Below are positions 1 through 9,234 of a stretch of DNA of 64,000 nucleotides, in pieces. This stretch comes from Anaeromyxobacteraceae bacterium. Its GTDB lineage: Bacteria > Myxococcota > Myxococcia > Myxococcales > Anaeromyxobacteraceae. Position numbers and translations under genes: made by a program. Each line of letters opens with the position of its first letter. The first letter of the stretch is position 1. The notes below the pieces were generated by a model, which did no database searches, was not told where the DNA came from, and saw nothing but the letters and a program-made list of their open reading frames with translations. Where the stretch lies: the NCBI GenBank assembly GCA_047602405.1, contig JASGHJ010000002.1, positions 384,001-448,000 on the forward strand. Direction: 5' to 3'.

Positions 1-1
1 G

Positions 2-583
2 GCCCACGCCGTCAACGACCTGGGCACCCGGCACCTCGCGGGCGCCGCTCGCGCCGCCTCCGTGAACCGCTTCATCTTCACGAGCACCGGCCTCGTCTAC
101 GGCTCGAACGGCGGGCGCCTGGCGCGCGAGGACGATCCCTGCGCGCCGACCGTGGCCTACCCCGAGAGCAAGCTGGCCGCGGAGCGCTTCCTCCTCGGGC
201 TCGAGGGGCTCGACGTGCGCGTGCTCCGGCTTCCGTTCGTGTACGGCGACGGCGATCCGCACATCGCGGAGGCGATCCCGATGATGCGCGGCTTCCCGCC
301 CGCCCAGCGCATGTCGATCGCCCACCACGCCGACGTCGCGCAGGCCGTCGCCCGCGTGCTGGACGCCCCCTCGCCCGCGCACCGCATCTGCAACGTGGTC
401 GACGACGAGTCGCCCGAGCTCGCCACCGTCTTCGCGGCGGCCGGAGCACCGCCGCCGGACGGCTCGGACGCCGTGCGCGCGCGCGCCTTCGACGCGCTCC
501 TCGACGGCCGCCGCATCCGCGAGGAGCTCGGCTTCGAGCCCAGGTTCCCCCGGCTCTCGGACGCGATCGCGGCGGGTGCGTGA
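2..583 (+). CDS. NAD-dependent epimerase/dehydratase family protein (5'-partial)
   Basis: Frame is open from the window start (AHAVNDLGT...). FIFTSTGLVYG and YPESK (YxxxK) motifs of extended SDRs. Confidence 0.85.
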   Translation, partial: AHAVNDLGTRHLAGAARAASVNRFIFTSTGLVYGSNGGRLAREDDPCAPTVAYPESKLAAERFLLGLEGLDVRVLRLPFVYGDGDPHIAEAIPMMRGFPPAQRMSIAHHADVAQAVARVLDAPSPAHRICNVVDDESPELATVFAAAGAPPPDGSDAVRARAFDALLDGRRIREELGFEPRFPRLSDAIAAGA

Positions 584-851
584 AGCGGGTCCTTCACGAC
601 GGACTCGAGGTGGTTCCGCGGCCGGACCGTGTCCTCGCCGGTGACCCTGTAACGGACCCGGTCACGCCTGCGAGCCGTGCTGCATCCGTGGGTCGGCTGC
701 GCCTGTGGGCCGACCACGACAACTCCGCGCTCCCACTGGGGACCGCACGCCTGCCCGGGCGCGTGAGCGCTGGCACGCCCCGAGCATCGGGGAGGTGGCG
801 TGACCTCCGGGCCCGGCTTTCCGGGCACTGGACTCCAGACAGGAGAACACC

Positions 852-1226
852 ATGACCTCGAAGACGCTCCTCCTCGCCGCCGTGCTCTCGCTCCCCTTCG
901 TCGCCTCGGCCCAGGCGCCCGCCGCGAGCGAGGCGGCGGCCGCCGCGAAGCTCCCCACCACCGCGGCCGACCACGCCGCCATGGCGAAGGAGTACGAGCA
1001 GAAGGCGGCGGAATGGCGCAAGGAGGCCGCGTTGCACAAGCAGATGGCGGCCGAGTACAGGCGCAGCCACCCGGACACGAAGAGCGGCACGAAGAACCGC
1101 TGGGCCGAGAAGATGGAGAAGCACTGCATGGCCATCGTGAAGGACGCGGAGAAGCTCGCGGCCGACGCCGACTGGGCGGCGAAGTACCACCAGCAGCGCG
1201 CGCTCGAGCTCGGAGCGGCCAGGTAG
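852..1226 (+). CDS. secreted helical hypothetical protein, His/Met-containing
   Basis: AGGAGA RBS, Sec signal peptide (ASA-Q), typical codon usage. Confidence 0.8.
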   Translation: MTSKTLLLAAVLSLPFVASAQAPAASEAAAAAKLPTTAADHAAMAKEYEQKAAEWRKEAALHKQMAAEYRRSHPDTKSGTKNRWAEKMEKHCMAIVKDAEKLAADADWAAKYHQQRALELGAAR

Positions 1227-1350
1227 GGCGAGCCGCGCGTGAGCAGGCGAAGAGCGTGGCTGGACGCGCCCGGCCTCGCACGGAGCTTGGCGGCGTCGCA
1301 GCGAATCACTCGCCGGTGGTGGTGCGCGTCGCAGAGCCGAGCGGAGGCCC

Positions 1351-2226
1351 TCAGGCCGCCCGCGCCACCGCCGCCGCGCAGAGCTTCTCGCTCAGGCTCC
1401 ACAGGTCCGCCGCGAGCTTCGCATCCAGCGCCTGCTTCTGCGGCGTCGCAGGCCGCCGCTTCGAGACGTACTCGCCCTTCAGCGCCGCTGCCTCCGGTGC
1501 GGTCGCGAGCCAGATGAGCGAGTCCGCGCCCTGCTCCGGCGTGACCGCGAAGGGCCTCGCGAGCGTGTAGACGAGGTTCAGGAGGAGGCCCTGATCGGAG
1601 CCGAAGCCGCCGAAGCGGGTGGCGACCATGCCGGGCTCGAAGCAGTTCGCGGTCGCCGTGGTCCCCGCGAGCCGCCGCTGGAGCTCCTTCGTGAAGAGGA
1701 CGTTCGCGAGCTTGGAGGTCGCGTACGCGCCCGGGCCCGAGCCCTCGAGCGACGTCGGCGTCGTCGCGAGATCGAGCCTGCCACGGGCCTGCATGGCGCT
1801 CGAGGTGGAGACGACGCGGGCGCCCGGCGTCTTCTCGAGGAGGTCGAGGAGGGAGGTCGTGAGCTGGAAGTAGGCGAGGTGGTTGAGCGCGAAGGTGAGC
1901 TCGACGCCCTCCGGCCCCAACACCGGTGCCTTGAAGGTCGCGCCGGCGTTGTTCACGAGGACGTCGAGGCGGTCGTGCCGGGCCTTGAACGTGTCCGCCG
2001 CGCGCTTCACGTCGGCCATGCGGGAGAGGTCGCAGAGGAGGAGCTCCAGGTGCTCGTTCCCGCTCGCGGCCCGGAGCTCGGCGAGCACCTGCTCGGACTT
2101 CTCCCGGTTGCGCCCGACGAGGGTCACGGCCGCGCCGCGCCTCGCGAAGTTCGTCGCGGCGGCCTTGCCGATGCCGTCGGTCGCGCCGGTGACGAGGAAC
2201 ACCTTGCCTGCGAGATCCTGCTCCAT
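1351..2226 (-). CDS. short-chain dehydrogenase/reductase (retinol-DH-like)
   Basis: TGATDGIG, VNNAG and YATSK motifs. GGAG lies upstream of ATG 2226. In frame with the upstream VTT gene. Confidence 0.9.
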   Translation of the reverse strand: MEQDLAGKVFLVTGATDGIGKAAATNFARRGAAVTLVGRNREKSEQVLAELRAASGNEHLELLLCDLSRMADVKRAADTFKARHDRLDVLVNNAGATFKAPVLGPEGVELTFALNHLAYFQLTTSLLDLLEKTPGARVVSTSSAMQARGRLDLATTPTSLEGSGPGAYATSKLANVLFTKELQRRLAGTTATANCFEPGMVATRFGGFGSDQGLLLNLVYTLARPFAVTPEQGADSLIWLATAPEAAALKGEYVSKRRPATPQKQALDAKLAADLWSLSEKLCAAAVARAA

Positions 2227-2916
2227 GGGGGACGCTCCGATCCGGTGGGGTGACCGCCGTCGCGCCCGCGCACGGGCGAGGGCAGCGACGACCAGCGAGA
2301 GGGCGATGAGCGCGCCCATGATCGGCCAGGCGCGTGGCTGCAGCCGACCCGCCTCGTCGAACAGCTCGCCGCCGAGGTAGCTCACGAGCGAGAGCGGCGG
2401 CACGTAGCCGAGGAGCGAGCCCCAGACGTGCGTCCAGAACCCCACCCTCGAGACGCCGAAGAAGAAGTGCAGCGCCTGCGGCATCCAGAAGATGAGGCGC
2501 AGGAGGACCACCGTCTCGAACGCGTGCGCCTCGAGCGCCTCGTCGTGGCGGCGCAACCGCGCCGGGATACGCGCCGACACCCAGTCCCTCGCGACGAAGC
2601 GCGCGAACGAGAAGCCGACGACGCTCGCGCTCATCGTCCCCGCCATCGAGAGCGCGAACGCGGTCTGCCAGGGCCAGATCAGCGGCGCGGCGACGACGAA
2701 GACGGTGCCCGGGACGCCGAAGGGCTGGAGGACCGTGTAGGCGAGGACGAACGCGAGGTATCCCCACCCGCCCATCGCGACGAGGCCGTGCGCGAAGGCC
2801 TTCGGCGCCGCGAGCTGGTCGTAGAGCCCGAGGCGCCAGGCCGCTGCGAGCAGGGCGAGCACCACCGCCACCGCCCCGGCGCGGGCGCACGTGAGCGCGC
2901 GCGGCGTCACGGTCAC
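2227..2916 (-). CDS. TVP38/TMEM64 (VTT/SNARE-associated) membrane protein; no stop before the SDR
   Basis: GTG start overlaps the upstream stop (GTGA). Hydrophobic helices, VPGTVFVVAA and LLRLIFWMP motifs. Confidence 0.8.
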
Positions 2917-3575
2917 GCCCCGACGCGGTTGATGTCGGCGGACTCCAGGATGAAGCGGTCGGCGCGGCCCTGGACGGACCTGAGCATCGCGCGCCCGAGG
3001 ATCTCGGAGGTGGTGAAGAGGAACGGCATGAAGCGCACGAGCAGGGGGATGAAGGCGAACAGCGGGCTCAGGAGGACGATCCCGGCCTGGTAGCCACGGG
3101 TGCGGCTCCGGATGCCCCGCCCGGGCCGGATGAAGCCCGGCCGGACGGCGGCGGCGTGCCGGAACGGCATGGCACGGAGCGCGCCCTCGACCCGCTGCCG
3201 GACGCGGGCCCACATCGAGCGGCCGCCCGCGCCGCCCGCGGAGCAGTAGCAGAACGAGAGCCCCGGGTTGAGGCGCAGGAGCGCGCGCGCCCACGTGAGC
3301 GTGAGCTCCTCCGTCACCTTGGCATAGGCCGCCTCGTCGAGCCCCACCGAGCTCGTCCCCACCGCCCAGATGCAGGCGTCGTAGCCGGTGAGCTGATCCT
3401 CGACGGCCGCGAAGTCGAACAGGTCCGCGAGGAGGAGCTCGCGGAGCTTCGGGTGCGAGACGCCGCACGGCCGCCGCCCGACGCTGAGCACGGTCTCCAC
3501 CTCCGGGGCCGCGAGCGCCTCGCGCAGGGTCCCTGCGCCGACCATGCCGGACGCACCGAAGATGACGAGCTTCAT
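2913..3575 (-). CDS. NAD(P)-binding epimerase-like protein (atypical SDR)
   Basis: MKLVIFGASGMVG Rossmann motif. ATGA overlap with the TetR stop. Confidence 0.85.
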   Translation of the reverse strand: MKLVIFGASGMVGAGTLREALAAPEVETVLSVGRRPCGVSHPKLRELLLADLFDFAAVEDQLTGYDACIWAVGTSSVGLDEAAYAKVTEELTLTWARALLRLNPGLSFCYCSAGGAGGRSMWARVRQRVEGALRAMPFRHAAAVRPGFIRPGRGIRSRTRGYQAGIVLLSPLFAFIPLLVRFMPFLFTTSEILGRAMLRSVQGRADRFILESADINRVGA

Positions 3576-4129
3576 CGACGGCCTCCCTTCGACGACACGA
3601 ACCGGTCCACGAGGATCCCGAGGCGGCCGTCGAGCACCTCCACCTCCGGCTCGTCGGAGAGGAGGCCGTCCAGGGCGAGGAGGAACACCTCCGCGTCCGC
3701 CGCGCGCCCGAGCACCGCCGCCATGCACTCGAGCGCCACCTTGCGGTGGAGGGCGTCGATCTCGGGGTCGATCCGCGCGCAGACGTCGAAGAACTCGGAG
3801 CCCATGGGCGCCCTCGCCATGTCGGCCCAGGGCTCGAGCACCATCACCTTGCAGATCGTCATCAGGCGCTCGCGCGGGTCGCCCTTGGCGCGCGCGGCCT
3901 TCCGCGCCTCCGGATGCCGCGCCACGAGCCAGTGCGCGAACACGGAGGTGAAGATGTCCTCCTTGTCCTTGAAGGTCCGGTAGAGGAGCGTGCGCGAGAT
4001 GCCGGCGCGCTTCGCGATGTCCTCGAGCGAGGTCTTCGCGAAGCCGAAGTTGAGGAAGCACCAGCGCGCGGCCTCGAGCACCTTCTCCCGGCGCTCGGCG
4101 GTGTCCTGTTCGGTGAGGGCGACCGGCAT
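3572..4129 (-). CDS. TetR/AcrR family regulator
   Basis: HTH region GFAKTSLEDIAKRAGISRTLLYRTFKDKE. Confidence 0.92.
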   Translation of the reverse strand: MPVALTEQDTAERREKVLEAARWCFLNFGFAKTSLEDIAKRAGISRTLLYRTFKDKEDIFTSVFAHWLVARHPEARKAARAKGDPRERLMTICKVMVLEPWADMARAPMGSEFFDVCARIDPEIDALHRKVALECMAAVLGRAADAEVFLLALDGLLSDEPEVEVLDGRLGILVDRFVSSKGGRR

Positions 4130-4139
4130 GGAGACGTTG

Positions 4140-4163
4140 TGACAGGAGGCGCTTCACGTGTCA
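4140..4163. promoter_or_regulatory. putative TetR operator TGACA-N14-TGTCA
   Basis: Inverted repeat about 10 bp upstream of the TetR start codon. Confidence 0.45.
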
Positions 4164-4186
4164 ACACGTGTCGCACGCATCATCCC

Positions 4187-4219
4187 CTCTCCCCCCGACG
4201 CGCGGCGTCCGGGGGAGAG
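4187..4219. repeat. GC-rich hairpin (CTCTCCCCC...GGGGGAGAG), REP-like
   Basis: Intergenic inverted repeat resembling the hairpin at 55291-55319. Confidence 0.45.
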
Positions 4220-4304
4220 CGTGAGGGGGCCGGGCCGCGCATGTCCGTGGGGCGCCTAGACTGGTCGGGAAAGGGAGGGCGAGTCCTGCCCGCGGAGGCG
4301 CGCC

Positions 4305-4838
4305 ATGGCCGACCCCGTCCTGGATCACGACCGCCGGCTGTTCGTCTCCTTCCAGCCCGACAAGCGCCGGGGAGCCCTGCAGCTCGCACGCGCGTTCCTC
4401 GGGGCGCTCACGAAGCTCGGGCCGCAGGAGGGCCGGCTCGTCATGCAGCTCGACGAGCTCGTGGGCGGGAGCAGCGCGCTCGTCGAGGCCATCCCGTTCC
4501 TGCCGTCGGAGCCGGTCGCGCTGTGCCTGACGGGGACGCCCGGGGTCGTCGACGCCGTCTCCCGGCGGATCAACGCGTCCTCGAGCGCGAAGTTCGCGAA
4601 CGTTCGCCCGCGCCTGCCCATCGCCGAGCTCCGCATCTCCGCCGTGGTCCGGGAGGGAAGGATCACGCTCGTCCCCGACCGCGAGCTCGGTGCGGTGGGC
4701 CACGCCGGCCTCGCGAAGTCGGGCTGGTCGGTGGCGGAGACGGACGAGGACCTCGAGTCCCAGGTGCCGCTGTTCGAGGCGGAGCAGTGGCTCGAGGCGT
4801 GGGGTGCGCGGCCGCCGGTGGCGGCGAGCAGCCCGTAG
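4305..4838 (+). CDS. hypothetical protein
   Basis: GGAGG RBS plus ATG, high GC3 codon usage, no recognised domain. Confidence 0.7.
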   Translation: MADPVLDHDRRLFVSFQPDKRRGALQLARAFLGALTKLGPQEGRLVMQLDELVGGSSALVEAIPFLPSEPVALCLTGTPGVVDAVSRRINASSSAKFANVRPRLPIAELRISAVVREGRITLVPDRELGAVGHAGLAKSGWSVAETDEDLESQVPLFEAEQWLEAWGARPPVAASSP

Positions 4839-4952
4839 CCAGGACCGGACCAAGGGGCTGGAATCCGGAGGGAAGTTCTGCGAGGCGAAGCCCCGAGCCT
4901 CGCCCCAGGCCGCATCGAGGTCCGCCCCGTCTCTAGAGTCCGGGCAGTGACC

Positions 4953-6212
4953 ATGACCCTCCGTGCCCGGATTCACCGGGGCGCCGCCCAGGTCGGCGGC
5001 AACTGTGTCGAGCTCGAAGCGGCAGGCCAGCGAATCTTGCTGGACCTGGGGATGCCCCTCGACGCGCAGGACGGCGAGGTCCCGCTGCCGGACGTGGCGG
5101 GCCTGACGTCCCCGGACCCCTCTTTGCTCGGGATCGTGATCTCGCACCTGCACGGTGATCACTGCGGGCTCGTGCCTCACGTCCGCCCGGACATCCCGCT
5201 CGCGATGGGGCCCGTGGCGGCCCGCATCCTGCGCGAGGCGGAGTTCTTCACCGGACGGGAGCCGCTGCCCGAGCCGCGCTGGCCGCTGCGCGACCGCGAG
5301 CCGTTCGAGATCGGCCCGTTTCGCATCACGCCGTACGCGGTCGAACACAGCGCCATCGACGCTTTCGCCCTCCTCGTGGAGGTGGGCGGGCGCCGACTCT
5401 TCTACACCGGCGACTTCCGCGCGCACGGGAACGACCGGTCTCCGTTCGAGCGGCTCGTCCGGGACCCTCCGCGCGATGTCCACGCGATGCTGATGGAGGG
5501 GACGCAGATCGGCGAAGGCAGGGAAGGGGAGGGTCCAGGTGAAGACGCCTTGAGGGCCACCCTGACGCGCCGGTTCCAGGAATGGCCAGGTCTCGTCCTC
5601 GCGGCGTGGTCCTCGCAGAACCTGGATCGCACGCGCACCTTCCACGAGGCGGCGCGCGACGCTGGAAGGACGCTGGTGGTGGACCTGTACACGGCGACAC
5701 TGGCCGCTGCCGCGAAGGCTCCAGGCGTGCCGGTGCCGGGCGACGTAGGGCTCCAGGTGTACTGCCGGCTCCGCGAGCGGATTCAGGTCAAAGCTGCGAG
5801 GGCGTTCGAGCGGACCAGCGGGGTGCGGGGCGCGAGGGTGTTCCCCGAGGAGCTCTCCCGGCGCGCGGGAGAGCTGGTCTTGATGCTGCGACCGTCGATG
5901 ATCCGCGAGCTCGATCGCGCCGGCGCCCTCGAGGGCGCGCTCGCGATCTGGTCGATGTGGCGCGGCTACCTGTCGCAGCCGACGGAGCGGCGGATGGTGG
6001 ACTGTCTCGCGCAATGCAGCGTGCCGCTCGAGGTCCACCACGTCTCGGGGCACGCGTACGTTAGGGATCTGCGACGTCTGGTGAACGCGGTACGGCCGGA
6101 TCGCGTGATCCCGATCCACACGGCCGAGCCTAGCCGGTACGCTCGGACGATTCCTGGTACCAGCGCGCAACTGGACGGCGCCTGGTGGACCGTCGGCAGG
6201 GGGTTTTCATGA
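4953..6212 (+). CDS. MBL-fold metallo-hydrolase, RNase J / beta-CASP-like
   Basis: GGNCVE, LLDLG, SHLHGDH (HxHxDH), EHS, YTGDFRAHG, MEGT, HVSGHA and IPIHT motifs. An alternative GTG start lies at 4947. Confidence 0.9.
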   Translation: MTLRARIHRGAAQVGGNCVELEAAGQRILLDLGMPLDAQDGEVPLPDVAGLTSPDPSLLGIVISHLHGDHCGLVPHVRPDIPLAMGPVAARILREAEFFTGREPLPEPRWPLRDREPFEIGPFRITPYAVEHSAIDAFALLVEVGGRRLFYTGDFRAHGNDRSPFERLVRDPPRDVHAMLMEGTQIGEGREGEGPGEDALRATLTRRFQEWPGLVLAAWSSQNLDRTRTFHEAARDAGRTLVVDLYTATLAAAAKAPGVPVPGDVGLQVYCRLRERIQVKAARAFERTSGVRGARVFPEELSRRAGELVLMLRPSMIRELDRAGALEGALAIWSMWRGYLSQPTERRMVDCLAQCSVPLEVHHVSGHAYVRDLRRLVNAVRPDRVIPIHTAEPSRYARTIPGTSAQLDGAWWTVGRGFS

Positions 6213-7171
6213 AGTCCGTCAATGACATCGTGCGCGACGTGGAGACCTTGCTCGATGATCCGTCAGGGGCGAAGCAGGTCGCCGCCGTGGTCGAGTACCT
6301 CGAGCGGCTCATCGCGCTCGAGGACGACAGGCTCGAGCAGTTGCCAGGGATCCGACGCAGGAAGGGGATGCTCTTCTTCTCCACCACCGGGAAGCTGCTC
6401 AGGCCCAAGGCCACGCTCGACGTTCGGATCAACGGACGGTTCGTCGGCGACGTCGCGCTCAGCGATGACGGAGCGAGGACGTTCCGGCCGGCGAAGGAGT
6501 GGAGGGGAGATTGGCCCAGAGGCGAGAGAATCGACTGGGCGGATCCTCGAGTGCTGGGGTTCTTGAGGGCGCGGGAGCGGGACCTTCCCAGGAAGGACCT
6601 CGAGGCCAAGGTTCAGAGTGCACTCTTTCACGCGATGCGGCAGAAGAGAGGGCCGAAGAAGCTGGAGGAGCTGCGCCACAACCAGCCGGTCCAGATGGCC
6701 CGGCAGCCCTTCCAGTTTCCCCTGCCCATCGCGGCGAGCGGAGCGACCCCGATGGTCGCAAAGGCGCCAGCGTTGGGCCACGCCGATATCCTGGCTCGCG
6801 GTCACGCAGGTCACAGGATCAAGGTCTTCGAGATCAAACGGCGTGGAGGCGACGCCCGACACGCCCTCGCGCAGGGGGTCGCGTATGCCGCCGCGATCCA
6901 GCGCCTCCTCACCGTGTCCGCGGTCACCTACCGCGCGCTCGGGTTCCGCAAGGCCCGGAGCAGGGCGCCGAGGTTCGAGGTATGGGCGTTCGTGCACGAG
7001 GATGACGTCGGCGAGGTCCTCGCCAGCGGCAAGGATCTCGTGGTCGCGAACGACCACTACGACCTCCATGTCCTGACCTATCGCCTGGAAGGCGATCAGC
7101 CGCTCACGCTGGGGGCCCCGATTGCCGTGGGAAAGGCGCAGAGCAAAGCCGGCAGCCGGAGGGCATCGTAG
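6209..7171 (+). CDS. putative PD-(D/E)XK nuclease-fold protein
   Basis: ATGA coupling to the MBL gene. E...ADILAR...VFEIKR...QGVAY fits D-ExK with a QxxxY motif. Confidence 0.65.
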   Translation: MKSVNDIVRDVETLLDDPSGAKQVAAVVEYLERLIALEDDRLEQLPGIRRRKGMLFFSTTGKLLRPKATLDVRINGRFVGDVALSDDGARTFRPAKEWRGDWPRGERIDWADPRVLGFLRARERDLPRKDLEAKVQSALFHAMRQKRGPKKLEELRHNQPVQMARQPFQFPLPIAASGATPMVAKAPALGHADILARGHAGHRIKVFEIKRRGGDARHALAQGVAYAAAIQRLLTVSAVTYRALGFRKARSRAPRFEVWAFVHEDDVGEVLASGKDLVVANDHYDLHVLTYRLEGDQPLTLGAPIAVGKAQSKAGSRRAS

Positions 7172-7223
7172 GACTGGCTCTGCCGCCGGTCACGACGCGC
7201 CGGTCCCACCTGCCGGTCTCGCA

Positions 7224-7778
7224 TCAGGCTGAGATCATCGATTCCCCGTCCATGCCGCTCGGCGGGTCGTACGTCCCGTGCCATCCGACGAGGACTCGCT
7301 CGAACGAGTCCACGTGGTACCGGGCTCCGGGAGGGATGACGATGACGGCGCCGGCGTACGCGACCCGCAGCTCGCGAGCCGCGGTCCTCCTCGCGCTCCC
7401 TTCCCACGCGCAGCTGCTGGGCAGGAGCGCGGGATCAGCGGGAGCCTCCCAGGATGAGTCCGCTGTCTGGGCTGCGTTCCGCAGGAGCCGCGAGAGGTCC
7501 CGATGGCCCTGCCGCTCCGCAACCGCCTCCGGCGTCTCGCCGTCCTTCGCACGCGCCGTGGCGGACGCTCCCAGGCGGATGAACGCTCGGGCCGCGTCCT
7601 CGTGGCCGGAGTAGGCGGCCTGGTGCAGGAACGTCCACCCGGACGAGGCCCGCCGGTAGCGGCTGCAGCTCGCCGCGAGCTCGCGCTCGCCCGCGAGCGC
7701 GGCCAGCACCCGGGACCAGTTGCCGGCCTTGGCCAGTTCGTACAGCCCGCGGATGACGTCAGGGCTCTTCTCGGGCAT
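7224..7778 (-). CDS. ankyrin repeat protein with unknown C-terminal domain
   Basis: GWTFLHQAAYSGH and GETPEAVAERQGH ankyrin repeats. Confidence 0.85.
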   Translation of the reverse strand: MPEKSPDVIRGLYELAKAGNWSRVLAALAGERELAASCSRYRRASSGWTFLHQAAYSGHEDAARAFIRLGASATARAKDGETPEAVAERQGHRDLSRLLRNAAQTADSSWEAPADPALLPSSCAWEGSARRTAARELRVAYAGAVIVIPPGARYHVDSFERVLVGWHGTYDPPSGMDGESMISA

Positions 7779-7787
7779 GGGGCTCCA

Positions 7788-7990
7788 TCAGTAGCAGAAC
7801 GACACGACGCCGTACTCACCGTCGTCGGGCAGCGCCGCGAGCTTCTCGCGGAGTGCGCCGAGCTCGCCCGGGCGAGCCCCGAACGAAGTCGAGCGTCTCG
7901 AGCTGGATGCCGTTCTTCCTGGCCCATTCCTGGATGGCGCCGTGGAAGTGGTTGTTTCTTGCCGGGATCGCCAGGTGCACCCAGCTGCCG
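7788..7990 (-). pseudogene. probable gene remnant, frameshifted near 7870
   Basis: One frame reads WVHLAIPARNNHFHGAIQEWARKNGIQLETLDFVRGSP and another continues GELGALREKLAALPDDGEYGVVSFCY*. No clear start. Confidence 0.4.
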
Positions 7991-8049
7991 GGCACCTCAC
8001 CGGCAGCATCGTACGAGGGGGACGGACATGCGGCGCGCGTGGACCGCCG

Positions 8050-8577
8050 CTACGGCTCCTCCCGCACCGCCACCTGCTTCGCCGAGAGCGCGAGCGCCTC
8101 GGCGGCGGTGCGGACGAGGTGCGGGCCGTCCCGGTGCGGCGCGACGCGCACGGCGGGGTAGGCGCGCATCCTCTCGATCAGCTCCACGGCCTCGCCGACC
8201 GCGATGAGGTCCCCGTCGGCGTACACGCCGCCGGGACCCTCCTCGACGAGGTTGTGTGGCTCGAGGATCGAGCGGAGCTCGGCGACGAGCTCCGGGGTGG
8301 GGAAGGGGACGAGCAGCGAGCCGATGGCCCCGTGGTCGATCCGGAGCCGCCGCCAGTCCGGATGCTGCACGCCGCCGCGGGCCCGGCGGAGCGCCGGGAA
8401 GAGGACCTTCTCCTCGATGGCGATGTGACGGAGGATCCCGGCGCGGAACTCGGCGAAGGCCGTCGGCTCCACGGCGCCGGGCCGGGCCACGGAGCGCGCG
8501 AGCAGCGCGTGCAGCACCGCGTGGTCCTGCTCGAGGTAGTGGGTGACGGGGCCGGGCGGCCTCGGGGTGCCGGACAC
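8050..8577 (-). CDS. hemerythrin-domain protein
   Basis: LEQDH, HIAIEEKVLFP, DH and HNLVEE motifs. Confidence 0.85.
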   Translation of the reverse strand: MSGTPRPPGPVTHYLEQDHAVLHALLARSVARPGAVEPTAFAEFRAGILRHIAIEEKVLFPALRRARGGVQHPDWRRLRIDHGAIGSLLVPFPTPELVAELRSILEPHNLVEEGPGGVYADGDLIAVGEAVELIERMRAYPAVRVAPHRDGPHLVRTAAEALALSAKQVAVREEP

Positions 8578-8586
8578 GTCGGCCTC

Positions 8587-9234
8587 TCAGTGCGCGTGCT
8601 CGCCGTGGCCTGCGGCCGGCGCAGCGCCGCTGTGGCCAGCGTGGTCCGCCGCGGCCGCCTCCGCGCCGCCGTGCCCGTGCCCCCCGGGCCCGCGGGCGGC
8701 GGCGAGCACACCCTCGGCCCAGTGGATGAAGGGGACGTACGCGGCCACCCAGCGGCGCCCGGCCGCGACGTCTGCGCCCGGCGCCTTCTCGGCCTGGAGC
8801 CGCGCGACGTGCCGGTGCAGCCCCTCGCGTACCTCCGCGACCAGCAGCGCCTCGAGCTCGGCGGGCTTGCCGCCGGCGATCACGCGGTCGGCGGCCGCGA
8901 TGCCGGGGTCCACGGCGCCGGCGGGCTTGAGGCCGGTGTACGGCGCGCCCTCGCCGGCGCGGTGGACGCGGACGAGCGTCTCGAAGAACCAGGTGTCGGC
9001 GAGCTCGCGGGCCTCCTTGCCACCCTTGCGGACGGCGCGGGCCTGCTCGAACGCATTGCGGATCTCCGCCTCGTCGGCGGGCTGGACCCAGGCGAGCACC
9101 GGCTCGAGCTTGCCGGACTCGAGCGCGGCGCGCGCGGCGACCACCACCGGGCCGTCGAGGGTGTCGCAGTGAGCGCGCGCGGCGGAGGGGCCGACGGCGA
9201 GGAGGAGCGAGACGAACAGGAGCGACTTCTTCAT
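8587..9234 (-). CDS. DUF6448-like exported protein (mature N-terminus HCDTLDGPVV) with His-rich tail
   Basis: Signal peptide ending ARA. FFETLVRVHRAGEGAPYTGLKPAG motif. His-rich C-terminus. Confidence 0.8.
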   Translation of the reverse strand: MKKSLLFVSLLLAVGPSAARAHCDTLDGPVVVAARAALESGKLEPVLAWVQPADEAEIRNAFEQARAVRKGGKEARELADTWFFETLVRVHRAGEGAPYTGLKPAGAVDPGIAAADRVIAGGKPAELEALLVAEVREGLHRHVARLQAEKAPGADVAAGRRWVAAYVPFIHWAEGVLAAARGPGGHGHGGAEAAAADHAGHSGAAPAAGHGEHAH

